From assembly GCA_002269645.1 (NCBI GenBank), contig NIVC01000829.1, forward strand, positions 374,256 to 438,255: a DNA stretch of 64,000 nucleotides, read 5' to 3'. This document shows positions 1 through 12,297 of the stretch, piece after piece. The stretch comes from Macrostomum lignano (lineage: Eukaryota). Under the pieces are notes generated by a model. It had not been told where the DNA came from. It saw only the letters and a program-made list of their open reading frames with translations, and did not search any database. Every line of letters begins with the position of its first letter. The first letter of the stretch is position 1. The translations under genes were made by a program, and so were the position numbers.

Positions 1-16
1 TTTCCTCAGAAATTCA

Positions 17-1990
17 ATGGGCCAAATCGAAAAAACCCCGTACGGAACCGAATATCTGGTGATTGACGACATGGTGTTTCCCAGGAGTCCACCGCCATCG
101 TCCAGGGGACAGGCCGATCGGGCGAGTTCTGACACCTTGGACCCGAACTACAACTTGAACATGAAGTTCTGGCCTGGCGGCATCATATTCTACTTGATTG
201 ATCCCTCATTCAGCTTCGATTACTCAAAGAAGATTCTCGAGGCAATGAAAATTATCCAGGAAAATGTTGGCGAGGAGCATTTGGAGTTCAAGGCGGCGCA
301 AACCTCAAGCGGTGAAATCTGCCGCAAAGGCTACATGCACATCATTAATGATGTGAACAAACTGGTGAGTCGGCACGAAGTTGGCTGATGTTAATTAAGC
401 ATATATGGAATTTGAACAGGATTAGCTCATTCCATAGTCTCCAGTGGGGTTGTAGTTGCTGCTAAGTTTCAAATCGACAAAGCAATCCACAGTCATAAAT
501 GCAAGGACACGTTCGCAGGGGGGACGCCGTCATGCCATTCTGTTGACCCCTGAGCATACACGGAACATAGGATACGTACGCTTATATACGAGCGTACGTA
601 CGCAGAGTATACATGACAATAATAATGATTGAGGGTGCCACCGAATTCGTCAAAATCTAATTCGTCAACTTGACGTCTGTTGACGAATTCGGTTTACCTT
701 ACAATGCACTGTTGACGAATTTCAGTTTACCTGAAAATACGTACGCTATTTATTAGTATATTTGCTACACGCTAAAAATTTAAAGACAAAAAGCCTATTG
801 AAAAGACACATGTAAGATAACGAAGGAGGATCAGGGTTTTTATTTGATATTAATTTTTTACAAGCTGCTAATTCCCGCAGATTTTAAACCCACTGATTTC
901 CAATATTAAATTCCCGGAACTATTTTTGCACGCATTTTGAAATCTGAAGTTCAAAACCTTGTTAATGGTTGAAATAAACAAAACTTGGGATTAAATTTGA
1001 ATTATAGTGACGTACTTCACTCGAGAGATGCAATAAAGTGTAATAAAGCATACGCAGCACACAAACCGTTATACCCGATGGACTCTTGATATACTTGTAA
1101 TTGTATCTGGATATACTCAACTATGTACAACGTGGTATTATGTACATAGTATGGATCGCCGAATGACGAATTCGCTCAGCTTGTTTTAACTGTTGAGGAA
1201 TTCGATTTCCACGAATTTCTTAAACTTTAGGTCTGTTGACGAATAGTTTGTTGACGAATTCGATGTACATGTAACACATAATGCCCAATTGGACCAGATG
1301 TGCAACCGACAGCTCAGCCGCAGATCTACGTTTCAGTGGAAGAAACCTAAAATCAATGATAAATTTATTAGCAAAATTCAAATAAATAGCATCTTAATTC
1401 AGTTTTAACAATACTAGCTTATACTCATTAATTTTTTATCACAGTGCCGGGCTGAGGTTGGCATGCAGCCAACGTTTACCCGCGTGTGGCTTCACGAGGA
1501 CTCCTGTCCGTTCGGCACAATCCAGCACGAGATTCTACACGCTCTGGGTCGGTATCACGAGCAGTGCCGGCCAGACCGAGATAAATATGTCACTCTGCTT
1601 CCCCAAAACATTGCAGCATCGGAGTGCTCAAACTACTACATCACAATGGATGGGCCGGACCCGAGTCTAAAGCTCACCTACGACAGCGCATCGATCATGC
1701 ACTACGGCTCCTGTCACTTCTCCTGCAACGGAGCCTACACCATGATCAAGAAATCTGACGGGTCTAAAATCGTAGCTAACCGACAGTCCATGACCAAACT
1801 GGATGTGGACAAAATGAGGGCGCTGTATCCCAAAGAGTTCAAGGTGCCCTATTATATGGGCATGTGTTCCGGTAATACTCGCAAGGGGAAGAAGATGTCT
1901 GCTCGAAAAGTCGCTGGTTTGTCCAAACGGTCTACGCTCTCATTTTTGGCTTTTCTCAGTTTTTTGGCACACCGCTATCCATTATTGTGA
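17..1990 (+). CDS. Astacin-family (M12A) zinc metalloprotease; exons <=17-364 and 1445-1990; 5' end probably outside the window
   Basis: Exon 2 encodes HEILHALGRYHEQCRPDRD (HExxHxxGxxH) and the Met-turn SIMHY. Donor CTG|GTGAGT at 365 and acceptor TTTTTTATCACAG|TGC at 1444 join in phase 0 to give DVNKL|CRAEVG. No signal peptide follows ATG 17, so an upstream exon is likely. The C-terminal end is uncertain. Confidence 0.9.
641..1265. mobile_element. Possible MITE in the astacin intron
   Basis: CGAATTCGTCAAAATCTAATTCGTCAAC (~642) is an imperfect inverted copy of GTTGACGAATAGTTTGTTGACGAATTCG (~1235-1262). Internal TTGACGAA motifs recur. No TSD was resolved. Confidence 0.4.
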
Positions 1991-2874
1991 CACGGCGACG
2001 ATGGCGGTAGTTTTGTTTTAAATATAGAGTTTCTCATTTATTGGTGGAACAAAAAATATATGGAAGATGGCTAAATGTTTTCGTGATTAAAATTGACTTT
2101 TTTGTTCTTCAACCGATAACCTAACGTATTACAATGAATGTGTTAAAATTCTAATTTCTTATTATTGATAGTACGAATTCCATCTCATTGGTTGGAAATA
2201 ATTATACGCGAGTACTTATAAGATATATGCCAAAAAGGAATCTCTAAAATCTACAAAGGTTAGTACATGTACTTTGACTACTATATAGCTATATCTGTCT
2301 GTTCATACGAAACTTCAACAAGAGTTCTTCTACGGCTGCTTCTTTACCTTTAAAAACCATTAATTTCCATCCGTTTCAAATGAACATCGATCGGAGCGAA
2401 TATTGAAAGCTGAGAATTTCTCCAACCATTTCTTAGCGGGAAATTTTTCACAGTCCTGCACCGCATGGTCCGCGACTTCCTTCATAGAATTATACAAGCC
2501 TTTTAGTGTATAATTTCAATTAAAGCACTGAAGCAGGATTTATATGCGAAGTATGGAGATTCTACTTAAAAATTGGATTAAAGTACTTTAATATCGTCAC
2601 AATCACAATATACCTGGCAGTGTCATTTGTTGGGTGTGCATGTGGAGTTCAACGTCAAAGTTTCTATAAAGGCCGCCATATCCAGTAGAATCAAAGTGAT
2701 CTCTTTTGAGTCAGCTGGATAATCTACGTACATCTACCTCGTGTAGTTTATTTTTCAACTATGAGCTTGTCTCCAGATATTTAATTTATCGAACTAGGCG
2801 TATTTACTACTGGGAGTAGTATTTTGTCTCCCCCTTTTGTCTCCAATTCGCCAGAAAAGGGGACCAATTATAAA

Positions 2875-4626
2875 TTACCAAATGCTGAATACTTTTCTAC
2901 TCTGAGAGTTTATACTTTCAGGATGCCCATCGATAATGATTGCAATCGTTACTCTCTGAGTAAGGGGTGTTAGACGCGCCAGAGGGTGCCGCTGTACATA
3001 TCGCTGTACTTTGGCGGGGGGTTGAGGTGTGGGGGTGTTGGCCGCGCCGGCCAGCTTAAAGCCTCTGCACCCGGCCCGGCTTGGCTCCGCCGCCATTTCT
3101 CAATTTTTTTGCTCAGCCACCGCCATGAGTGCCAGCCCAAAGCGACTAAACGTGCGCCAACTCAAGGCTGAGCTGCGAAACAGAGGCCTGCCTACTACGG
3201 GCCGCAAACAACAGCTTGCCAAGCGCTTGTCTACTGCACTCGGTTTAGAGCAACCTGACGAAGACTTCAACAACTCCGAGATGACTTCTGCTCCGGACGC
3301 CGAAGACGGCATCGGCAGCGCGGGCGAGGCGCCTCCGGGGGCGGGGAGCGACCGGCTGGCTGCGCTGCGGCAGGAGGTGGAGCTGCTCGAACTGCAAGTC
3401 CTGGAAGGCCGTCGTCGGGATCTTCAGCAACAGCTTCACACTCAGCAGCGCTTGACGGCTCAGCCCCAGCCAGCATCATCATCAGGTGAGCATAACGCAC
3501 ATGCCAGTCTGCAGTTGCCCGAGGTTTTTGAATCTGGGATGAGGGAGGCGGCTCAGCTTCAGGCCGCTAATTGCCAGGCTCCGACTCGCAAGTTGCATCC
3601 AGTCAGAGACCACATCAAGCTAGCCAGAGGACCCGGCTCAGCCAGTCAGGAGCAGTTGATCGCCACTATGGAGAATGGCTCGCTCACATTCAGAAAGCAG
3701 GAGCCGAAGCTGTCTAGTATCTCTGCTGGTCAGTGGATCGCGGCCAACTCGATCATCTTGCAAAAGCTGATCAAGGAAAAACTCCCGGCGGCTGCTGGAA
3801 GCACTGATGGTCTCCTGACTGACGTCCTTGGCTACCTTGACTACAATCGCAAGATTGGAGAGCTGCTGGCTGCTGACTACCCGGAGTCCGTAATCTGGGA
3901 GTTTGACGAGGACTACCGGAGGCTGGTTGCGGAGTCGGGCATGGCGTGGGGTGAGGAGCCCCCTCAGTTGTACCACAAGCACCTCAACGCCCCCAGAAAC
4001 CTGCGGTTCACGTTCGCTAAGCAGCCCAGCCAGCAGCAAATCCCGGCAGCAACCAGGCCGATCTGTCTGCGCTTCAACTGCGAGTCCGGATGCAACCGCC
4101 AGAACTGCAAGTTCCGCTACGTCTGCAAAATCCAAGGCTGCCTGGCAGCGCACCCGGCTCACGCTCACACGCAGTCGCCGCAGTCATTACTCACCGGACA
4201 GCTGCCGGGTCACGTGACCGGTGCGAGTGCAAAAAACTGATGCCATTTTATCCAGCTGACTGCTCTGCTTTTAATTCCGATTTTTCTGCTTTTACTTCTT
4301 CGCTGCCCATCTCGTCTGACCTGCAACCTGACGCCTGGGGTGCTCTGCTCAGCGACGACTCAGACCGCGACTTTCTGATGCAAGGCGTCGTCAACGGTTT
4401 CGCTCTCACCAATGCTGGCCAGCCACCTTTGACTTCGTCCAAGAACCACGCCTCCGCCCTGCTGCACCGCTCTGCTGTGGAAGCCCAGGTCGAGGAGGAG
4501 CTGCGCCTTGGGAGGTACATCCAATGGAGCGGCCCGATCAAAATCAACCCCATCGGTGCCCTTCCCAAGTCCAACGGGCGGGTCCGCCTGATCCATTACC
4601 TGTCCTATCCGACCGGCCAGTCTGTC
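2875..4626 (+). mobile_element. Truncated tyrosine-recombinase retrotransposon (Ngaro/DIRS-type): gag-like ORF1 plus the N-terminus of RT
   Basis: ORF1 ends in a Cys/His knuckle (CLRFNCESGCNRQNCKFRYVC..C...H) after WEFDEDYRR. The overlapping ORF2 reads FLMQGVVNGF..KNHASA..VEEELRLGR..NPIGALPKSNGRVRLIHYLSYPTGQSV, matching the RT N-terminal pattern of Ngaro/DIRS elements, and stops being RT-like at ~4626. The 5' boundary is approximate. Confidence 0.8.
3125..4240 (+). CDS. Gag-like ORF1 of the Ngaro-type element with an N-terminal SAP domain (371 aa from ATG 3125)
   Basis: LNVRQLKAELRNRGLPTTGRKQQLAKRL fits the SAP consensus; coiled-coil middle; C-terminal zinc knuckle; ORF is uninterrupted. Confidence 0.75.
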   Translation: MSASPKRLNVRQLKAELRNRGLPTTGRKQQLAKRLSTALGLEQPDEDFNNSEMTSAPDAEDGIGSAGEAPPGAGSDRLAALRQEVELLELQVLEGRRRDLQQQLHTQQRLTAQPQPASSSGEHNAHASLQLPEVFESGMREAAQLQAANCQAPTRKLHPVRDHIKLARGPGSASQEQLIATMENGSLTFRKQEPKLSSISAGQWIAANSIILQKLIKEKLPAAAGSTDGLLTDVLGYLDYNRKIGELLAADYPESVIWEFDEDYRRLVAESGMAWGEEPPQLYHKHLNAPRNLRFTFAKQPSQQQIPAATRPICLRFNCESGCNRQNCKFRYVCKIQGCLAAHPAHAHTQSPQSLLTGQLPGHVTGASAKN

Positions 4627-4989
4627 GCGCCCTGCTCTAACTGTGACTGTGCATGCGGGGTCGCGAATTTTGTTGTTGTTGTTGTTGTTGTTCCCGATAA
4701 GAAAAAAAAACAAAAATATCGATTTGGCAAAAAACAATTGAATGTAAAACGATTTTTGACTTGAAACTAAAATTTACCTTCTGAAATCTGTCTTTATGTA
4801 AAAAATCAGCTTCACAGACCTTACTGTTGCTTCAGTGCACGTCTCCAATCTTGCATAGCGTGATGTTGAAACGTCAGAAACTGTACGATTTCGTAGCTAC
4901 AAAGGTTTGTAGCGTTGAATTTGTAAAATAACCAGCTTATACTCGTAGGTAATTATATAGAACAACAGCAACAAAAAAATATGCAGTCC

Positions 4990-6420
4990 CCCAGTAGTCA
5001 GGGGAGGGAGCGTCAGATGGCATGTGGAAGCTCTAGCAGGCGAAGAATCCATTGCCCGGCCCATTGATCGACGGTGTCGGGCGCCCCAACGTTGCTCAGG
5101 ATTTAGTCCACGTATCTCCGTGTCCTCGATCGCTTGAGCCCGCTGACGAACGGTTCCCGCAAAGTGAGCGGCTGGATGTCCTGGACAGGCTTGGGCAATA
5201 GCTAGCCCGGATCTGCACGTAGCGCCTGTCAGTTGGAGTCGCCGTCTCGGCGCGGGATGGTACATATGTTTTTTTTGTCTTGCAGCTGTGCGTTCCTCTC
5301 GCACAGGTCCTTGGACGGGACGCTTTTGTCAGCCTGAACGCATGGAGCAGCCCCACGGGCCGAGTGCTCCAATTGTCTAGCTGTTGCTCCAGCGCGTGGC
5401 CGTTAACATCGGGACGCTAGAATTCGCACGACTGGATTTCGCGCGATCTGGCATTGAAGCGCGCGAATTCTTTCTAGCGACTGGATTTCACGCGACTGGA
5501 TTTAAATCCGGTCGATCGAAATCCAGTTGCGCGAAATTCAGTCGCGCAAAATCCAGTCGGACGAAATACTGCAGTCGTGCGAAATCTAGCCGCTTGAAAT
5601 GCATGTAAGTCGCGAGAAATGATGCAGTCGATTCAATTTCAAGTCGCCTAAAATCATCCGATTCGCGCAAAATCCTGGCGTGCAGAAAACAATTAGCGCA
5701 AAATCCAGTCGCGCGAATTCTAGCGTCCCTTAAACACGCACGTTTCAGCGTTGTCAAGCAAGACAGTCTCAACAGCCGAACCCTCTGATGATCGGGCAGC
5801 GCTTTGGACTGAAGGATGACGCGAATCGACCGGTAGGCCGTCGACGTTCAAGCAAGTCCTCTCGATCTAGATCTGCGTCGCCGAATTTCGTCCTCAACGT
5901 TGGGCACCAAACCGCCGAGGTGAACCGCTGACAGCATGCGCGAGGTTGGTCGTCTGCCTGTCTGCGCCGCGGCATGTCAGCTCCGCTGGGATATCGGCTC
6001 GCTGAGATGGTCATGCCAGTGCCTTAGTCTTCAGCGTCGACAAATAGGCAGACGCTTTGATGCCACCTCGACCAACCTTAATCTAGCGCTGTGCACCATC
6101 AACAGTTGAGGACAGGAGTGTGAGGTCGTCGGCGTAGCCCAGAAACGCTCAGGCGCTTCTCGTTGTGGCGACGACCAATGTGTCTGCACAGCAGGAAGCC
6201 ATCGCCTGCTGAGGGGGGTGCGTTCCAAGAGCTGCATAATCCATGCCAGGAGCAGCATGAAGAGGAACGGCGCTAGGATGTGTCGCTCTGTGTAGCACTC
6301 CTAAAAGAAGCTTCAGACCCGTCTGCCGTCACCACAGCGTATCACCATACAGCGATATGATGGCACCAACTAGCTGCTGGGGACTCGACAGGTTCGTAGA
6401 GAAAAGGAAGTGCTGCACAT
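4990..6420 (-). mobile_element. Degenerate RTE-like non-LTR retrotransposon (LINE) 3' fragment
   Basis: Minus-strand translation with frameshifts and stops gives VPQQLVGAIISLYGDT, GVL..LAPFLFMLLLAWIMQ, LGYADDLTLLSSTVDGAQR (YADD at 6125-6136), ETVLLDNAET, LEQQLD and RRRLQL. Confidence 0.8.
5411..5729. mobile_element. 319-bp MITE with 29-bp TIRs inserted into the LINE relic
   Basis: GGGACGCTAGAATTCGCACGACTGGATTT (5411-5439) versus AAATCCAGTCGCGCGAATTCTAGCGTCCC (5701-5729), one mismatch. Many internal CGCGACTGGATTT-like subrepeats. TTAA follows the right end. Confidence 0.8.
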
Positions 6421-6474
6421 AGCACTGAATCAAATGCCATAATAATTTTTAAAAACCCTAACAAATTCCGAGTA

Positions 6475-6536
6475 AAGGCCGAGACCTTTCACGACGGCCG
6501 AGACCTTTCACAGAGTCGTGAAAGGTCTCGGCCCTT
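6475..6536. repeat. Short hairpin relic (19-bp perfect inverted repeat plus an internal direct copy)
   Basis: GGCCGAGACCTTTCACGAC ... GTCGTGAAAGGTCTCGGCC, with a second GGCCGAGACCTTTCAC between them. Confidence 0.6.
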
Positions 6537-9500
6537 CGGAGTTTGTAACCCCTTTAATTTCCTTTTTTCCGAGGTTCATGCTGGCGCGTGCAGACTAAAT
6601 TCATATGCAATTATTTCCAGCTTGTACATTGTTTCATTTTACGAAATTGTACTTAAATTCATAATCACACGCATGGGCCCGCGTCACCACGGGGGACAGG
6701 GGCCGACATCGGGACAACTGTGCATATGTCCCCTGGCCTGAGTAAAAGCTATGAAAAAGCGAACAAAATGAGTGTTTGTTTGGCAACAAAATTGAGTGTT
6801 AACAACACCGATATCCAAAATAATATATATAGGAATATCGTCATTTAGAATTCTTTACTTTGTCCCTAACCATAAAATCCATAGCGACGCGCTGATGCAC
6901 CTGATCACATGCAAGCTAAGGACTACATCTAATTTTGCAACATATTTACATGTATTTGATCAATTAGATTTGTAATAATGTCTGCGAGAAATCACAATTA
7001 TTAATCATTCAAAGTACACTACAATACGATTGGATTAATTTAAGTATTTACTGTATCAAGCTAATGATAGAATTTTTACGACAATTACATGTATTCTTCT
7101 AGAGAAGTAACGTCATAGTCTTATAAATTACATGTATCTTATATTTTTATTTCAATATTTTTATTTCACATGTAATATTCAAAACCCATGTTTAAGGACC
7201 TAGCTTAAACTTTTTACGATTTTTTGCGTTAATTATAACAATTATTTGAATTGCTATTAGTTAATTAATTAATTTAACACAATATTTTTTAGTTCAAAGT
7301 AATTTTAGTTAACTTAATAATTGTATTTAAAGTACTACTGCCTTTATCAAGTGTAAAAATTAGAACGAAACATTTATAAATGTCTACTAGTTTCTTTGTT
7401 TATTCATTCTACATATTAATTAATTATTTTTATCACATTTGAAAGAGTTCTTACTTCATATCGTTATCGTCACATTATCACATACAAACGATAGATGATA
7501 GATCGAGCTGAGCACCAAATCGAACCGTGGTTTATTTTAATATTCGCCTATATTTTATAGTGCTTGTTTCTACCAAAAATATAAACGAAAAAAACTTAAA
7601 AAAAATATAGTATTTTAATTCAAGTTTTTTAACATTGATGTCAATTTCATTTTTTAAAGCAGTAAACATTTGTTTCAATACGCGTTGAAACATATTCCGT
7701 TACGGCGGGATTTTAAAGTACGATTTAGGATTAACGCTGGCTGGCTGGCTGGATTAACTGTGACTACGGGTGCATTTACTGTGATTTCGGCGAAGGAATT
7801 TTCGGCGAAAGACGCTTCGGCAAAAGTGAATTTTAAGTTTCAATAGATGTAAATTTCGGCGAAAGAAAGTGACCAGTTCGGCGAAAACACACATGATACC
7901 CGAAATTGAGGAAAAAATTTGAAACTTGCAATTTTATTCACAATAATTGACTTAATTGCAATTTCTTTCTCATAGAACTTGCAATTTTCTCAACTTTCAT
8001 GTGCGCTTTAGATGCTTATGTAAGTAGTGTTAAAGACATATCAAGAAAGTGAAATTCTTGCAATCTCATTGCAAAGAATATTGCAATTTTTTCAATTTCA
8101 AATATGCTTTAAATATTACTTGTATAGTAGTAGATAAAAAATATCCTTGCTACTGGTACATTTACATCGCATCTATTACATGTAGATTGCCAAAAGAAAT
8201 TATTTTTTAACGATTACATGCAGATTCTGACGAGTACAGAAAATGAATTGCAATATATTGAAGCATAGTATAGACAAAGTCTTCGAAATTGAGGTATAAA
8301 ATGATTTATATAAGCTGCAAATATGCACAATATAAGTTGTACTTACATGACTGCATTTTCACGACTCCCTGAACAAATTTAAAGTGTTCTAAATTCTTAC
8401 AAACAAATAAAATTGATTTTTCTTAGAAATCTATCTGCTTTGTATATTCAATAGAAAGTGTATCTACCATTTTAGGAATTTTTTGTTTAAAAGTGTAACA
8501 ACTTTGCTAAATTTAAAAAGCAGCGCGCCTTATTGCTCCATATTGGTCGACGTATTGCTGCTTTCTTGCTCTTGCTTGTTGTTGTTGCCTTCTCCTTTGT
8601 TGTTTTTACTAGCTTTTTTTATCATTGTAATTGAAATTGAAGGCTAGTAATGCCACTTGCTTTTCACTTATCGTAAATGACAAGAACTTAGCCTTGCTAT
8701 TTACTCTTGTAGTTGTAGTCTTGACTTAAGATTGTAAAACTCAAAAAAAGTTTTTTAGTTTATCTAATTCTAGTCCTATTATTGCTAGCTATTACTAATA
8801 AGTATTGACTAGTCTAGCTAGCATTATTGGAGTTTGTCCAATTCATTTTTCATAGCTCCTTTTATAAAATACTAAAAGCTACCAATTGTCTATGTACTAT
8901 GTCATTGTTAATGTTTTGTCAACTCTGTATTTGAACTTTATCTTTTAGTTTCGTACATGTAATTATACTTTTCTATCATTTTCTTATATCTAGGACTAGA
9001 GCTCTCTCAGTATCAGGCAAGTGCATACAATTAATTTTAATACTGCAGTCAGTGCAGTGGCACTTTGTAGACTAAAATTTTGGCAATCTTCAAGTTTCGT
9101 TCGTTTAATTATTTCCGGAATTATTTTCGCCCTCTATTCAAGGGTGGTGGGGGGTGGGTGTTGGAATTAAACAAATGAAACTTGAAGAATGCCAAAATTT
9201 TGTATTAATAAGTTATACTTTAATTGTAATTACATTGTCATTGGTCATTACATTATGTATTTCAATTCAAAATTATTTTAGTAGCTCTACTATTTATAGG
9301 AGCTATACATTAAATTAAATTAATGAAGCATGAAATTGAACATCATTGTTTAATAGGCAATTAGCTAGGCCTACAAATAGGTTTTTAATTAATGTAGCTA
9401 TAGCTATTTTAAAAACATTTACTTTTTTCTAATTAAATTAATTGATGTATTGTCTAAAAGTCAAACTGAAGCTTATCAGGTTATTAAATGGTACAGCATA

Positions 9501-11881
9501 ATATATGCAAAAGATAGTTGAGTAAGTAGGTATATATTAGATTACTAACTTAATCAATGACTTAATGACTAGGCCTAGCTATGAGCGTATAATCATTTGT
9601 ATAGCTTCTGTTTACTAATTAGCTACTATTTTAAGGTATTTAATATTTTGGCTTCTATTGATATATTGTCTGTTAGACTATATATCATATCACTATATCT
9701 AGATTGTTTTATGAAAATCTTGGTTGCAAGTTTTCAAAATAATATTTTATGATTCCATATACAAATTAATGGTATGCCAAAATTCTAAAATGAAATCTAT
9801 ATAAATAAATAAAATAAGTGGCTCAAAAAGCTACTTTGTTTTTATAATCTATTATAATTATTTTATATAGCGATCAGGGTCAATAAATGTATATCAGGTA
9901 AAATAAATGTATATCATTATTTTATAATTATTATTTATAATATAATACTCTTTTATAATTATAAAGCAGTGCAACTTCAACTCAATACTCAATTGTGTTT
10001 CTCTTCATGCCAAGAAATGAACACACAAAAGCGAAGGCATGCTGCAGACAAATTTGACCAACCGTTGCCTTTCGAGTTTGTGCTTCTATAGTTTCCTAAA
10101 TCGAATTCTCATAGTGGGCCAATGTACATAAACTCCAATGTACATAAAGTACGTTCTTTGACGCTTCGGTGAGGAGTATTGCATTTCTGCAATTATTGAG
10201 CTGAATGGCTTAACGGAGCGCATTGCGATGGACGAGCAATCTGTCGAGGAGCTTCGAGCTGTTTTGTCCGAATGGTTTGCAGCCTACAACTGGAGATCTG
10301 TGCGAGCATCGTTAAATCAAATGTTTCGTGACATTTCTGGCAAGCGTAAGAAAGACAATACTGGAAACCATTAAGTATCAGTTATAGCCTATAGGAATAA
10401 CATTAAATAAGCAATCACTAAATCACTGCAAGGTAATCACTGTAATTGACTTCTGGAAGCTCTAACGAGCTTCAGGCTGGCAATGTTGGGTAGCCTTAAA
10501 AAGTAATGTCTAAGTAAGATCATGGAAAGGCGATAAAAAATTATAAATAAGCGAAAAGTGAATCCTAACTTTATCTGGGATCTTTTTTTAAATATTCAAT
10601 TCTACAAAATAATTACCTGTGGGTTCTTAAAAAGTCTCATTTCGGAATCTAGAAAGGTTTTGAACTTAAAAGTATCCAAAAGCTTCATCATAGATGTGTA
10701 AAAGGCTTCATCTTTAAAGTTTTAACTGCTTAGATAAACATGCTGATGCAGCCAGCACCCCTGAAAGTTAAAATATTGTTTAACTAATAAATTATGTTTA
10801 TTTAGAACGCTTTTGCACTTCAAATGTAAAAGAATTTTTCAATTAGTTTCAATGTTCAGTGTGCTTATTAATGGTTTAATAATAATTTTTCTAAATAGTT
10901 AAATAGTAATATTTTAATAATAATAATTTTTACTAATCTATGCAAGTATTTTCTTGTATCTTATGCATCGTTTTTTGCCCGTACAGGTTTATATTTAGTA
11001 TCTGTTTGTAGTTTTATTTTTTAATATGTAGTAAAGTGAAATAAAAAATTACAATGAAATGTATTGGATTGAAAAATGATTATAACATCTTATTGAAAAA
11101 TTGCAAAATTTAATGTATTCCGAAATAACACCGGTGGTTTTTACTGTGTCTTAATTACTTTTCTGGGTTCAATTCTGAGCAGATATAATGAAAATTGCAG
11201 ATCGAGTGCTAAATTTGGGAAGTCTTAAAATTTACCTGCACTATAATACGAGCGTATCAATATTCTGAAGTGCCACTCCAACGGCAATTTCTAAGCTCTT
11301 GAATTGCAATTTTATGCTCAATTAAATTGTATTTTTAAGCGTGATTTCGTGTAATTTTATTGCACTTAATGAACAATTTGAGTTCAATTATTGCGCAATT
11401 CTTGCCCAATTTTTTTCAATTTTCTCACGTAATTTTGTGCAATTTTGCGCAATTCGCGTCACCATGTGCATGGGCTACGTATATATTGCAAATATACCAC
11501 TTTGGTGATTGAAGCTTTTAATAAATGGTTCATTGCTGCAATTTATTTGCAGTTATAAAATTAAAAAACTCATGACTTAGCTCGTAGCTATGTTATGTAC
11601 ATGCGATCTATCGATATGCAGTCGATAGATAGATTAGCTAGGGATGATGACGGCACCTGGTTTTTCATAGTCCGGGCTCCGTACTTTGAAATCTAATAAA
11701 ACAAATAAATGAAACTGCAACAAAACAAAAACATGTCACGATAAAATTAGTCTTTATAAAGTTCGTCGCTTTTCTTTTTAACTTTCTTTTAAAACAAAAA
11801 ACTCTTCAGCGAAGCTTGGAATAAATTTTTTGCCGAAATGGTCAGCTTTAGACGAAATGGTCATTGCGAAAGGATTTTTCG

Positions 11882-12297
11882 GGTAAAGTGTAAAAGTTAC
11901 CGAGGTTTTTGGGGATAACGTTACCTTCAAATTGCGTTAAAAGAGCGCAATGAAATTGAAAATAATATTGTATTTCGATTTCGTTTGTCTAGTGCAAATT
12001 ACAATTGCAAGTTAGAAGCTTATAGAATGAGTAAAATAAATCACAAGAGCATTTTTTTTTCATTGGGTAAGCGTGTGTAAAGCCTGGGTAATTGCAGGTA
12101 AGTTTTTGGGGTAATGTCTTACCCAGCAATTAAGCACACATTTATTGGCCTCATCATCTATATTTTATGAATAATTATTCTATGATTTATGCTGCATAGG
12201 CGATAGCAAGTTATTTTCAATTTCATTGCGCTCTTTGAATGCAATTTGAAGGTAACATTTTCGGGTAACTAGGTAACTTTTTATTTTACACTTTACC
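11882..12297. mobile_element. ~415-bp MITE/foldback element with ~85-bp imperfect TIRs
   Basis: GGTAAAGTGTAAAA..GTTACCTTCAAATTGCGTTAAAAGAGCGCAATGAAATTGAAAATAA (11882-~11965) is an inverted copy of 12211-12297. Confidence 0.7.

Noticed and set aside
8226-8245. CTGACGA..GAAA hammerhead-like words
   Set aside because: No stem II can form in GTACA and there is no stem I; chance match.
7885-11470. Possible large DNA transposon with CACATG termini
   Set aside because: Terminal similarity is too weak, and no TSD or transposase could be supported.
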